From NCBI GenBank assembly GCA_028711705.1, contig JAQTRS010000002.1:73617-137616 (forward strand): a DNA stretch of 64,000 bases, written 5' to 3'. The DNA is from Candidatus Moraniibacteriota bacterium (lineage in GTDB: Bacteria > Patescibacteriota > Minisyncoccia > Moranbacterales > UBA1568). The position numbers and the translations under genes are program-made. The first letter of the stretch is position 1. Every line of letters begins with the position of its first letter. Shown piece after piece: positions 9,733 through 19,032 of the stretch. The notes beneath the pieces are model-generated. The model made no database searches. It was not told where the DNA came from and was given only the letters and a program-made list of their open reading frames with translations.

Positions 9733-10137
9733 TTACCAGACCTCGCAAAGATACTCTCCGCCCAATCCCTGACGATACGCATCACGTCCTGTCATCACAC
9801 CCTTGGATGTCGATACCACCGCGATACCATAGCCGTTCTTGACCTTCTTGATATCCTCTTTCTTCACATAAATACGCTGCCCTTCATGGCTCACTCGCTT
9901 GATCTCACGGATAGCCGGATCCTTCCTTGTCTGCGACACCTTGATGTACTTCAATCCGATGCGGATATTCTCGAAAACTCCTTCGGTCTCGGTCTCCACC
10001 TTTTCTATGAAGTTTTCTTTCTCGAGAATGCGTGCGATGGACAGCTTCAACTTGGAGGATGGCATGACCACTTCCCTATGTCCTGCTCTCTGAGCATTAC
10101 GGATTCGAGTTAACATGTCTGCGATTGGATCTAACAT
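9733..10137 (-). CDS. rpsH: 30S ribosomal protein S8
   Basis: Begins MLDPIADMLTRIRNA. Confidence 0.9.
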   Translation of the reverse strand: MLDPIADMLTRIRNAQRAGHREVVMPSSKLKLSIARILEKENFIEKVETETEGVFENIRIGLKYIKVSQTRKDPAIREIKRVSHEGQRIYVKKEDIKKVKNGYGIAVVSTSKGVMTGRDAYRQGLGGEYLCEVW

Positions 10138-10192
10138 AACGAAAAAATTAATTCTAGCTCCTTTTAAACTGCTTCAAGTTCTGATTAACGCC

Positions 10193-10378
10193 CTACCACG
10201 ATGATTTCTTCACTCCAGGAATCTCTCCTTTGCTCGCTAACTCCCGGAAACAAATTCGACAGATATCAAATCTTCGAAGGTAACCGTGTTTGCGACCGCA
10301 CTTCCAACATCGTCTCACGATGCGAGTTGAAAATTTTGGTTGTTTCCTGGCGCGAGCCTCGGTTGATGTCTTTGCCAT
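10193..10378 (-). CDS. rpsZ: 30S ribosomal protein S14 type Z (zinc-binding)
   Basis: 61 aa with the motif [20 protein letters not shown]. Confidence 0.9.
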   Translation of the reverse strand: MAKTSTEARARKQPKFSTRIVRRCWKCGRKHGYLRRFDICRICFRELASKGEIPGVKKSSW

Positions 10379-10412
10379 ATCCGCTATTGCTAATTACTAA
10401 TAGTTCTCTCTT

Positions 10413-10970
10413 TTAATTAACTTCTTTGTTCTGGAGTGGGAATCCCAATGACCTGAAAAGCGCTACTCCCTCCTCATGATTCTTGGCCGTCGTCGTGACG
10501 TTCACTTGGAAGCCGAAGATGGTCTGCACCTTTTCCGCGACGATTTCCGGGAATACCATATGTTCCTTGAGTCCCGCGTTCAAATTTCCGTGACTGTCCA
10601 CCGAGCTTACGGTAATACCCTGAAGGTCCCTCACGCGCGGCATCGCCGTCTTCACGAAGCGATCCAAGAAGCTCCACATGCGCTCTCCGCGAAGGGTGAC
10701 GCGCACTCCGATCTCCTGATTCTCTCGGATCTTGAAACCTGCCACGGCCTTCCTTGCCTTCACGAGCACCACTTTCTGTCCCGTGATAGTTTCCAAAGAA
10801 GCGACGATCTCCTCGATACGCTTAGGCTCCTTGAGGAATCGGCCCAAACCGGCATTGACCACGACCTTTTGGATTTTCGGTATGGCGAACGTGTTGGTAT
10901 GACCGAACTGCTCGATGAGCATAGGCACCGCCTTCTTTACGTATATTGTCTTGATAGATTCATGTTTCAT
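10413..10970 (-). CDS. rplE: 50S ribosomal protein L5
   Basis: L5 family motifs: NAGLGR...GQKVVLVKARKAVAGFKIREN..IGVRVTLRGERMW. Confidence 0.9.
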   Translation of the reverse strand: MKHESIKTIYVKKAVPMLIEQFGHTNTFAIPKIQKVVVNAGLGRFLKEPKRIEEIVASLETITGQKVVLVKARKAVAGFKIRENQEIGVRVTLRGERMWSFLDRFVKTAMPRVRDLQGITVSSVDSHGNLNAGLKEHMVFPEIVAEKVQTIFGFQVNVTTTAKNHEEGVALFRSLGFPLQNKEVN

Positions 10971-11015
10971 AGGTATTCCTTTGCTACAAATTTCCTTACA
11001 AATGATACTTCGCGA

Positions 11016-11321
11016 TTAGATTTCCTTTTGAGCTCGCTTGCTGATCCGAACCTTCTGATTGCCCTCTACTTTGTAGCCGACTCGCGTCAGTTTGTCGGTG
11101 TGAGGACAGACGAGCATCACGTTGGAAACGTCGATCGGAGAAGCGACTTCGATCCGCTGTCCTTTTTCGCCTTCCTTGCGGGCCTTAGTGTGCTTCTTGA
11201 TGATGTTCAATCCTTCAACGACAACTTTCGCGAAACGCGGCAATGTGTGGGTCACCTTACCTCGCTTGCCCTTGTCCTTTCCGGCAATGATCTCTATGTT
11301 GTCGCCTTTCTTAATTTTCAT
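11016..11321 (-). CDS. rplX: 50S ribosomal protein L24
   Basis: Begins MKIKKGDNIEIIAGKDKGKRGKV, a KOW motif. Confidence 0.9.
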   Translation of the reverse strand: MKIKKGDNIEIIAGKDKGKRGKVTHTLPRFAKVVVEGLNIIKKHTKARKEGEKGQRIEVASPIDVSNVMLVCPHTDKLTRVGYKVEGNQKVRISKRAQKEI

Positions 11322-11359
11322 ACCTTTAAACGTAATATGTATAAAACCCTCGATTCTTT

Positions 11360-11731
11360 CTATAACACCTCGGGAGCCAATGAAACGATCTTCGTGAATC
11401 CCTTTTCTCGGAGCTCACGGGCCACCGGTCCGAAGATACGGCTTCCCTTCGGTTCGACACTATCACCGTTGAGGATAACTGCGGCGTTTTCATCAAAACG
11501 GATATAGGAGTTGTCCTTTCGCTTGTATGACTTCTTGATGCGAACGATAACCGCCTTCACCTTGTCACCCTTCTTGACAGATCCGCGAGGGGTGGAGGCC
11601 TTCACCGAACAGACGATGATATCGCCGAGACTAGCATAACGACGCTTGCTTCCGCCGAGCACCTTGAAACACTCGATGAGTGTCGCTCCGGAATTGTCCG
11701 CTACCTTTAATTTGCTTTCCGCTTGAATCAT
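11360..11731 (-). CDS. rplN: 50S ribosomal protein L14
   Basis: Begins [16 protein letters not shown]. Confidence 0.9.
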   Translation of the reverse strand: MIQAESKLKVADNSGATLIECFKVLGGSKRRYASLGDIIVCSVKASTPRGSVKKGDKVKAVIVRIKKSYKRKDNSYIRFDENAAVILNGDSVEPKGSRIFGPVARELREKGFTKIVSLAPEVL

Positions 11732-11759
11732 ATCTTTACAATTATACTGCCTATAAACA

Positions 11760-12014
11760 TTATGCTGCTACTACCGTGTGACGCTTATCCTTGCTGATAG
11801 GCCGGCACTCCTGGAACATCACCTCGTCGCCCTTCTTGAACGTATTGTCCGCGTCGTGCACCTTGTACTTCTTGGTGGAACGATACTTCTTCAGATACTT
11901 GGGGTGCGTTTTGAGCGTTTCTACCGCGACAACGATAGTCTTGTCCATAGCATCGCTTACGACCAATCCTTTGAGCTTTGGAGCCTTTTTCACTTTTTCT
12001 TGAACCTGTGTCAT
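11760..12014 (-). CDS. rpsQ: 30S ribosomal protein S17
   Basis: [27 protein letters not shown] is the S17 OB fold. Confidence 0.9.
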   Translation of the reverse strand: MTQVQEKVKKAPKLKGLVVSDAMDKTIVVAVETLKTHPKYLKKYRSTKKYKVHDADNTFKKGDEVMFQECRPISKDKRHTVVAA

Positions 12015-12043
12015 AACATGTACGAAATAATTGAATCAACTGT

Positions 12044-12226
12044 CTAGATTTCTCTCATCAGAGTAAGCGTTCGCGCGATGTCCTTCTTCAGACTACGATA
12101 AGCTCGATGAGATTTAGTCTGCTGACCGGCGATTTCGAAACGAAGGGCACGCAACGATGCGCGGGACTCCGCCAGAAACTTCTCTTTCTCGATTAGACTC
12201 TTTTCTCGTAGTTCTTGCGCTTTCAT
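12044..12226 (-). CDS. rpmC: 50S ribosomal protein L29
   Basis: 60 aa beginning MKAQELREKS..L..L..LRFE. Confidence 0.85.
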   Translation of the reverse strand: MKAQELREKSLIEKEKFLAESRASLRALRFEIAGQQTKSHRAYRSLKKDIARTLTLMREI

Positions 12227-12266
12227 ACTCTAATACTTTTATAATAAATAGTCTTGGGCTCGTCCG

Positions 12267-12677
12267 TTACTGTCGGTCGATGAATTTCGTCTTGACAGGG
12301 AGCTTGTAGGCCGCGAGCTTCATAGCGCGCATAGCCACCTCGCGTGTCACGCCGTCCATTTCAAACATCATTCTTCCGGACTGAATCTTGGCTACGAAGT
12401 GATCGACGCTTCCCTTACCCTTACCCATCGGGGTTTCATCACCCTTCTTGGTCATAGGCTTATCGGGAAAGATGCGGATCCACACCTTGCCTCCTCGCTG
12501 GACATAACGGGTCATAGCTCGACGAGCCGACTCGATCTGGCGCGAAGTGATCAACCCGCCCTCGATCGCCTTCAATCCGAAAGCTCCGAAGCTGACTTTG
12601 TCACCGCGAGTGGCGACACCACTCACTTCTCCTCCTCGCTGGATCTTTCTGTGCTTTACTTTTTTTGGCATCAACAT
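12267..12677 (-). CDS. rplP: 50S ribosomal protein L16
   Basis: Carries [13 protein letters not shown]...[13 protein letters not shown]. Confidence 0.9.
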   Translation of the reverse strand: MLMPKKVKHRKIQRGGEVSGVATRGDKVSFGAFGLKAIEGGLITSRQIESARRAMTRYVQRGGKVWIRIFPDKPMTKKGDETPMGKGKGSVDHFVAKIQSGRMMFEMDGVTREVAMRAMKLAAYKLPVKTKFIDRQ

Positions 12678-12762
12678 ATGCGCTGTTCTTACCCGCCTGC
12701 AACGCTTTGCGTAGCAATGCGGGCAGGTTCTCTAAATTATTCTATTACCTAATCTCATCTAT

Positions 12763-13407
12763 CTAGATAGCAAACTTCTCTCCCTTGTATACCCAGACCT
12801 TCACGCCGATAGCTCCATACGTCGTGGTAGCGGTCGCCCTTGAAAAATCGATGTCGGCACGCAATGTATGAAGAGGGATAGTGCCTCTGGACAACCATTC
12901 CCGACGGGACATTTCCGCACCGCCCAGGCGTCCGGAAAGCTCGATCTTCACACCCTTGACATTCTTGTTCTTTTCAACCTGGTCAAGCATTCCCTTGAGG
13001 ATACGCCGAAACGGCATACGTCGCTCCAACTGCTCGGCAACCTGCTGAGCCACCAACGAAGCGCTCTCCTCAAAATTCTTCACTTCCTGGATTTCGATCT
13101 TGAGGCTCGTCTTCTTTCCGGAGAAGAATCGTGTCTTAACCACGCGAGTCAGATCCTCGATTCCCGTGCCTCCTCGACCGATCAATACACCCGGCCTCGA
13201 AGTCTGGATGATGATCCGAACCACATTAGCAGATCGCTCGATATCCAATGAGGCGATGGCAGCCGCTTTCCAGCGGGTCAAAATGAATTGACGCATCTGC
13301 ACATCTTCGCGCAAATTGCTCCTGTAATCTTTTTTCCCGAACCAGCGAGACTTCCAAGTGGTGGTAATCCCCAACCGAATGCCCGTCGGATTTACTTTAT
13401 GACCCAT
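12763..13407 (-). CDS. rpsC: 30S ribosomal protein S3
   Basis: MGHKVNPTGIRLGIT..W, a KH domain, and GRGGTGIEDL. The ORF is open to 13419. Confidence 0.9.
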   Translation of the reverse strand: MGHKVNPTGIRLGITTTWKSRWFGKKDYRSNLREDVQMRQFILTRWKAAAIASLDIERSANVVRIIIQTSRPGVLIGRGGTGIEDLTRVVKTRFFSGKKTSLKIEIQEVKNFEESASLVAQQVAEQLERRMPFRRILKGMLDQVEKNKNVKGVKIELSGRLGGAEMSRREWLSRGTIPLHTLRADIDFSRATATTTYGAIGVKVWVYKGEKFAI

Positions 13408-13448
13408 ATCAAGTTCCAATTTAAGCTTTTATTATCCTCATGCCCTAC

Positions 13449-13985
13449 TTATACCGCCTTTCTTTGAAATGTCTTCTTCGTGAATCCTGCTCCGCGAGTC
13501 TTTCCGTGGGTGATCGCTTTCTGCGGGAGCGTCTTGCCTGTCTTCTTGATGGAAGCGCTCTTCCCTTCCTCGACAACCGCATCCTTCACCTCAGTCGCCT
13601 CTTTCTTCACGGTCGTTTTCTTCTTTTTCACGATCTTGCCCTCTTCGCGTTCTGCGAGCACGATCCGTATCTTCGACATACGGCGCCACAGCGGCGTGGC
13701 CCGCCCCTGCGCGCGTGGTGTCCAGCGCTTGAGCTTCTGGCCTTCTCCCACCCACACATCTTCGACAAAGAGGTTATTGCGATCGAGACTGAAATTGTGT
13801 TCAGCATTCGCGATAGCGCTCTGCAAAAGCTTCGTTAAAGGAAGAGACGCTTTTTTCAACATCTTATCGAATTGAACCAAAGCCTCTCCCACACCCAAAC
13901 CTCTGACAGCATAGGCTACCAAACGGACTTTGCGAGGAGTCATTTTTAAATTGTTGAGACTTGCTTCCACTTTCATAATATCCAA
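13449..13985 (-). CDS. rplV: 50S ribosomal protein L22 with a ~60-aa K/E-rich C-terminal extension
   Basis: The core is KVRLVAYAVRG...TPRAQGRATP. The tail is AEREEGKIVKKKKTTVKKEATEVKD... Confidence 0.9.
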   Translation of the reverse strand: MDIMKVEASLNNLKMTPRKVRLVAYAVRGLGVGEALVQFDKMLKKASLPLTKLLQSAIANAEHNFSLDRNNLFVEDVWVGEGQKLKRWTPRAQGRATPLWRRMSKIRIVLAEREEGKIVKKKKTTVKKEATEVKDAVVEEGKSASIKKTGKTLPQKAITHGKTRGAGFTKKTFQRKAV

Positions 13986-14014
13986 TATATAAATGATTCT
14001 AACCCTTTACATCT

Positions 14015-14359
14015 TTACTTTTTCTTTGCGGCCGAACTTGCTTTCGCGGCCTTCGCTGCATCGAGCTCTCGCTGTTTTGCCGCTGCCTCCAAGTCTTTCT
14101 GCATCTTACCTCCATGACGGACGAACTTGCGTGTCGGAGAAAACTCCCCGAGGCGGTGCCCGACCATCTCTTCAGTCACGAGTACCGAGATAAAATCTTT
14201 TCCGTTATGCACACCGAAGGTGAATCCAAGCATCTCGGGAGTGATGGTGCAGGCGCGTGACCACGTCTTGATTACCACTCGATCCGCAGGGCTTTTCCCT
14301 TCGATTTTCTTCATTACCCTTTCGTCCACATAAGGACCTTTTTTCAAACTCCTTGACAT
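14015..14359 (-). CDS. rpsS: 30S ribosomal protein S19 with A/K-rich C-terminal tail
   Basis: Carries [28 protein letters not shown]. The tail is [23 protein letters not shown]. Confidence 0.9.
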   Translation of the reverse strand: MSRSLKKGPYVDERVMKKIEGKSPADRVVIKTWSRACTITPEMLGFTFGVHNGKDFISVLVTEEMVGHRLGEFSPTRKFVRHGGKMQKDLEAAAKQRELDAAKAAKASSAAKKK

Positions 14360-14376
14360 ATATAGTTCGGTTGTGA

Positions 14377-15201
14377 TTATTTCCTTCGCTTGACAATATA
14401 TTTGGTGCTCGCCTTCTTCTTCTTTCGAGTTCGCTTTCCGAGAGCCGGCTTACCCCATGGGGTCTTCGGATACTTCAGACCGACTCCCTGGCGACCCTCT
14501 CCACCTCCGTGCGGGTGATCAACCGGGTTCATGGCCGAACCACGGACTGTCGGGCGCTTACCGAGCCAGCGGCTTCGTCCCGCTTTTCCAAGCTTGACAG
14601 CGCTGTGTTCGAAGTTGCTTACTTGTCCTACGGTAGCATAACATTCCCGATTAATCAAGCGGATTTCTCCGGAAGTCATCTTTATCTGAGCCATTTTATC
14701 GTCGATTGACATCAGAGTCGCACCCGTTCCGGCGCTGCGCACCATCTGACCTCCCTTACCCACCATCATTTCGATATTGGAGATAACGGTTCCGACGGGG
14801 ATATTCTTCAGTTTCAAGCGATTTCCCTTGACGATAGGAGCGTCTTCATCGGTCAGAATCTGCTGGCCGACACTCATGCCCTCAACGGCAAGGATATAGC
14901 TCTTCTCACCGTCGACATAATGAATCAAAGCTATCAAAGCGGATCGATTCGGATCCTTTTCAAGAGCAGCGATAGTTCCCGGGATGCCGAGCTTGTTTTG
15001 CTTGAAATCAACCATACGATAGCGGCGCTTGTGCCCGCCTCCTTTGTGACGTACCGAAATCTTGCCATGGGAACGTCCGGATTTCTTGCTCAAAGCAGAA
15101 AGCAAAGACTTCTCCGGCTTCTTCTCCGTAACTCCGTCCGGCTTGACTACCGACATATTGCGTCGTCCTGCCGTATTCTTTTGATAGACCTTGATTGCCA
15201 T
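14377..15201 (-). CDS. rplB: 50S ribosomal protein L2
   Basis: Carries [10 protein letters not shown]...GGGHKRRYR...[13 protein letters not shown]. Confidence 0.9.
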   Translation of the reverse strand: MAIKVYQKNTAGRRNMSVVKPDGVTEKKPEKSLLSALSKKSGRSHGKISVRHKGGGHKRRYRMVDFKQNKLGIPGTIAALEKDPNRSALIALIHYVDGEKSYILAVEGMSVGQQILTDEDAPIVKGNRLKLKNIPVGTVISNIEMMVGKGGQMVRSAGTGATLMSIDDKMAQIKMTSGEIRLINRECYATVGQVSNFEHSAVKLGKAGRSRWLGKRPTVRGSAMNPVDHPHGGGEGRQGVGLKYPKTPWGKPALGKRTRKKKKASTKYIVKRRK

Positions 15202-15246
15202 ACAATTCTGATAAAAAATTTCCTTCTTACTTAAGCTGCTGCGTTA

Positions 15247-15621
15247 TTATTCCGCCTGGAACAGATCGATCGAATCCCCCTCCTTCAGCGTGACGATCGC
15301 TTTCTTGATGCTCGACTTGAATCCGCTGCTTCGTCCGAAATTCCGCTTCTTCGCAGGAATGGTCACGGTGTTCACGGCCACCACGCTCACGCCGTATATC
15401 TCCTCTACCGCTTTCTTCACCAATACTTTGGTGGCATCCGCCGATACCTGGAAGACATATTTGTTGAGCCCGAGCACTGTATGCGCTTTTTCCGTGATGC
15501 GAGGCTTCGTCAATATCCTGTACGCAACCGAATCGGTAGTGGCCACGATACTCTTTTTCTTCTTTTTCGGAGCTGTTACTTTCTTTTCAGTTGTTTCCTC
15601 CTTATTTGCAAACAATGCCAT
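15247..15621 (-). CDS. rplW: 50S ribosomal protein L23 (N-terminally extended)
   Basis: The core is YRILTKPRITEKA..VFQVSADATK..VKKAVEEIY. Confidence 0.85.
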   Translation of the reverse strand: MALFANKEETTEKKVTAPKKKKKSIVATTDSVAYRILTKPRITEKAHTVLGLNKYVFQVSADATKVLVKKAVEEIYGVSVVAVNTVTIPAKKRNFGRSSGFKSSIKKAIVTLKEGDSIDLFQAE

Positions 15622-15636
15622 ATGATTTCTCTCAGA

Positions 15637-16299
15637 TTACTTAGTTGCCTGCGCTTTCTCCTCCTGCGAAGGAAGGAATTTCTTCTCCAATCCCTGCAAA
15701 GACTCTTTGCTCACGACGAAGTACTGGTGATTCAACAGGTCCGCAACGTTCACATTATCTGCCAAAATATTCTTCAGACGAGGGATGTTTCGGCTTACCT
15801 TCTCGAATTCCTTCTCATTGGCGGACAATCCCATAACAACGCTCTTATTCGAGATATTCAAACTCTTGAGCGTAGCTGCCATAAGCTTGGTTTTCTGTTC
15901 CGGGAAAGAGAGAGCATCTAAAACGATCAGTTTGCCTTCGCGAATCTTCTCGCTCAGCGCGATCATGACGGCCTTGCGACGCATCTTCTGATTGATCTTC
16001 TGCACGAAGTTACGGTTATTGCGAGGACCGAATACGATTCCACCACCCTTCCATACCGGGGTTCTGACGGAACCGACACGGGCGCGACCCGTACCCTTCT
16101 GCTTCCAAGGTTTCTTTCCGGATCCGGACACCTCGGAACGGGTCTTGGTGTGCGCGTATACGCCGCGGATATTCGCCATAAGCGCAACGAATACCTGATG
16201 GAGCAAGGTGTTGTTCGAAGGCATGTCAAAAACCGAGTCAGCGATTTCGAGCTTCTCAACTTCCTCTCCCTGTACATTGTAGACTGATATCTTTGCCAT
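15637..16299 (-). CDS. rplD: 50S ribosomal protein L4
   Basis: Carries KPWKQKGTGRARVGSVRTPVWKGGGIVFGP. Confidence 0.9.
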   Translation of the reverse strand: MAKISVYNVQGEEVEKLEIADSVFDMPSNNTLLHQVFVALMANIRGVYAHTKTRSEVSGSGKKPWKQKGTGRARVGSVRTPVWKGGGIVFGPRNNRNFVQKINQKMRRKAVMIALSEKIREGKLIVLDALSFPEQKTKLMAATLKSLNISNKSVVMGLSANEKEFEKVSRNIPRLKNILADNVNVADLLNHQYFVVSKESLQGLEKKFLPSQEEKAQATK

Positions 16300-16348
16300 A
16301 ACATTGCTAGAACACTGTTCTCTTAATCCTATTGTTTATATATGAAGT

Positions 16349-16948
16349 CTATGATCGAGCCCAAACCTCGACCATCCTACCGTTGACACCTGCTACAGCA
16401 CCCTTCACAGCGATCAGATTCTTGGTCTCGTCGATAAGGACTATCGTGAGATTCTGCATCGTGCTTCGGTCAGCACCCATGCGTCCCGCCATGCGCTTTC
16501 CCTTGATAACGTGCTGCGGCTGCTGAGCTCCGATGGAACCGGGAGCACGAAGGTCGTGCTTATGACCGTGGGTTCGCGGGGAACCCTTGAAGCTATGGCG
16601 CTTAACGACGCCCTGAAATCCCTTTCCTTTCGAGACGCCCGTCACATTCACCACATCGCCGACGGAAAAGACGCTCACGTCCAAAGTCTTCCCTACCTCA
16701 TAGGCAGCGAGCTCCTTTTCTGCATCCTCTTGAGAAACCTGCGGGGCATCGAGACGGAACTCTTTTGTGAGCTTGCGCTTCGATGTCTTCATCGCCTCGA
16801 TCTGAACCGCCGTATAACCGTCCCGCTCCGGAGTCCGAAGCAAAGAAACCATGTTCGTATCACACTCGATCAGTGTCACATTCAAGGCTCCCTGCTCCGC
16901 GTCCTGCAAGGTCGTCATTCCAAGTTTTCTTCCAAGTAAGAATTTCAT
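16349..16948 (-). CDS. rplC: 50S ribosomal protein L3
   Basis: Carries GRKLGMTTL...GVSKGKGFQGVVKRH.F.G.P.THG. Confidence 0.9.
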   Translation of the reverse strand: MKFLLGRKLGMTTLQDAEQGALNVTLIECDTNMVSLLRTPERDGYTAVQIEAMKTSKRKLTKEFRLDAPQVSQEDAEKELAAYEVGKTLDVSVFSVGDVVNVTGVSKGKGFQGVVKRHSFKGSPRTHGHKHDLRAPGSIGAQQPQHVIKGKRMAGRMGADRSTMQNLTIVLIDETKNLIAVKGAVAGVNGRMVEVWARS

Positions 16949-17099
16949 AATCTTTGCTTTACTACTATCGAAAATTTAACAAACAAAAAACCGGGATAAT
17001 CAAGCCAGTGATTCGACTCAAGGACTAGGCCTTTCCCGATTCTGGCTCGTTAGGTTTCCGCTACGGGAGCGGACGTTAACGAGTAATAAGTATATTCTA

Positions 17100-17438
17100 T
17101 TACATTTTGATCTCAATGTCCACTCCTGCCGGCAAATCCATGCTCGTAAGCTGATCGATGGTCTTTGCTGTCGGGTTCCAGATATCGATCATTCTCTTAT
17201 GGATACGCATTTCGTACTGATCCCGAGAATTCTTATGGACGAAGGTCGATCGGTTCACGGTCATCTTGTGAGTCTCGGTAGGAAGCGGCACCGGGCCCGT
17301 GATGGAAGCGCCCGTCCTCTCCGCCGTCTCGACGATCTTTCGCGCCGATTGATCGATCACCTTGTGATCATATGCTTTGATTTTGATTCTCAATCGCGTT
17401 GACTGAGCATCTGTTTCTGTCTTTTTCATTGAAACCAA
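17100..17438 (-). CDS. rpsJ: 30S ribosomal protein S10
   Basis: Carries [37 protein letters not shown]. The start could be MKKTE at 17429. Confidence 0.9.
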   Translation of the reverse strand: MVSMKKTETDAQSTRLRIKIKAYDHKVIDQSARKIVETAERTGASITGPVPLPTETHKMTVNRSTFVHKNSRDQYEMRIHKRMIDIWNPTAKTIDQLTSMDLPAGVDIEIKM

Positions 17439-17484
17439 AATAAGTTATTAATGCAACCGTTCATCCTTCTCCATATTCGAGAGA

Positions 17485-17525
17485 AAAGTGTGAGCACAGC
17501 GCCCGAAAGGGCCGCTCTGCTCACT
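17485..17525 (-). terminator. rho-independent terminator downstream of tuf
   Basis: On the minus strand, the GC-rich hairpin GAGCAGAGCGGCCC-TTTC-GGGCGCTGTGCTC is followed by a U-rich tract (cacTTTTCTCTCG). Confidence 0.55.
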
Positions 17526-17575
17526 ATTTCGCTCAAACCTGCCCGAAACGCTTCACGTAACAACGCGGGCGGGAA

Positions 17576-18769
17576 CTATTTGATAATCTTCGTTGCGACT
17601 CCTGCACCCACAGTACGGCCACCTTCACGGATTGCGAATCGCATTCCCGCTTCCATAGCGACTGGAGCCAAAAGCTTGACTTTCAAAGTAACGGTATCGC
17701 CAGGCATCACCATCTCGGTTCCTTCCGGGAGCTCGACTTCTCCGGTCACGTCCGTCGTACGGATGTAAAACTGAGGCTTGTATCCCTTAAAGAATGGGGT
17801 GTGACGTCCGCCTTCCTCCTTGCTCAAGATATAGATTTCACCTTCGAACTCGGTGTGAGGGGTGATAGAACCGGTCTTGGCCAAAACCTGACCGCGCTCC
17901 ACGTCTTCTTTCTTGACACCACGGAGCAAAAGTCCCGCGTTATCGCCTGCAACACCCTGAGCAAGGTTCTTGTTGAACATTTCGATTCCGGTCACGACCG
18001 TTTTCGCTGTCGGATGGATTCCGACGATTTCAACTTCCTCGCCAGTATTGATGACACCACGCTCGATGCGTCCGGTAACAACCGTACCGCGACCTTCGAT
18101 GGAGAAGATGTCTTCGATAGGCATAAGGAAAGGCTTGTCAGTATCGCGAACCGGGTCCGGGATCTGGGAGTCAAGAGCGGCCATCAGATCGAGGATAGGC
18201 TTAGCATCTGCATCATCAACCGATTTCGCGTTAAGAGCCTTGAGGGCGCTTCCGCGAACGACGATCGCGTTCGCACCGTCGAATTCATACTTGGAAAGCA
18301 ACTCACGGACTTCTTCTTCGACGAGGTCAACGAGCTCGAGGTCGTCTACCATATCAACCTTGTTCAGGAAGACAACGATAGCGGGTACACCCACCTGACG
18401 TGCAAGCAGGATGTGCTCACGAGTCTGCGGCATAGGACCATCGGTAGCGCTCACGACGAGGATGGCACCATCCATCTGAGCCGCACCAGTAATCATGTTC
18501 TTGATATAGTCGGCGTGACCAGGACAATCAACGTGCGCATAGTGACGAGCATCCGACTCGTATTCACAGTGAGCGGTTGCGATGGTGATACCGCGATCGC
18601 GCTCTTCCGGAGCCTTGTCGATTTCATTGATATCCTTCTTCTTTGCAAAACCCTTCATGCTGAGCACGCTTAAGATAGCGGCGGTCAGGGTGGTTTTTCC
18701 GTGGTCAACGTGTCCGATCGTTCCGACGTTTACATGAGGTTTGGTTCGCTCAAATTGCTCTGCTGCCAT
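17576..18769 (-). CDS. tuf: elongation factor Tu
   Basis: Carries [35 protein letters not shown] and NKVD, with ~400 aa overall typical of EF-Tu. The ORF is open to 18781. Confidence 0.95.
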   Translation of the reverse strand: MAAEQFERTKPHVNVGTIGHVDHGKTTLTAAILSVLSMKGFAKKKDINEIDKAPEERDRGITIATAHCEYESDARHYAHVDCPGHADYIKNMITGAAQMDGAILVVSATDGPMPQTREHILLARQVGVPAIVVFLNKVDMVDDLELVDLVEEEVRELLSKYEFDGANAIVVRGSALKALNAKSVDDADAKPILDLMAALDSQIPDPVRDTDKPFLMPIEDIFSIEGRGTVVTGRIERGVINTGEEVEIVGIHPTAKTVVTGIEMFNKNLAQGVAGDNAGLLLRGVKKEDVERGQVLAKTGSITPHTEFEGEIYILSKEEGGRHTPFFKGYKPQFYIRTTDVTGEVELPEGTEMVMPGDTVTLKVKLLAPVAMEAGMRFAIREGGRTVGAGVATKIIK

Positions 18770-19032
18770 ATGCTTTGACAATTAATTTTAATTACGAAAA
18801 ATTATAACTTATTCAGTATAATCCAACTCTGCGTTTTTGGCAAGCTTTTCACGGATAAGTCCTAAAAAACCTCCTCAAGCGGAGTACTTCACTTATCATA
18901 GCAACCGACTATCCCCTTGTCAAGAGCCAATACCGCACCCCATAGCTATAAAAAAGACCTCCGAGGAGCAGCGCTTTCAGAAGCCTCGACTTTCGTGTGT
19001 TTCGCATTGAAAAGGTCTTTTTTTCGCAAACG

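Noticed and set aside
17801-18673. 290-aa plus-strand ORF antisense to tuf
   Set aside because: It sits entirely inside EF-Tu on the opposite strand.
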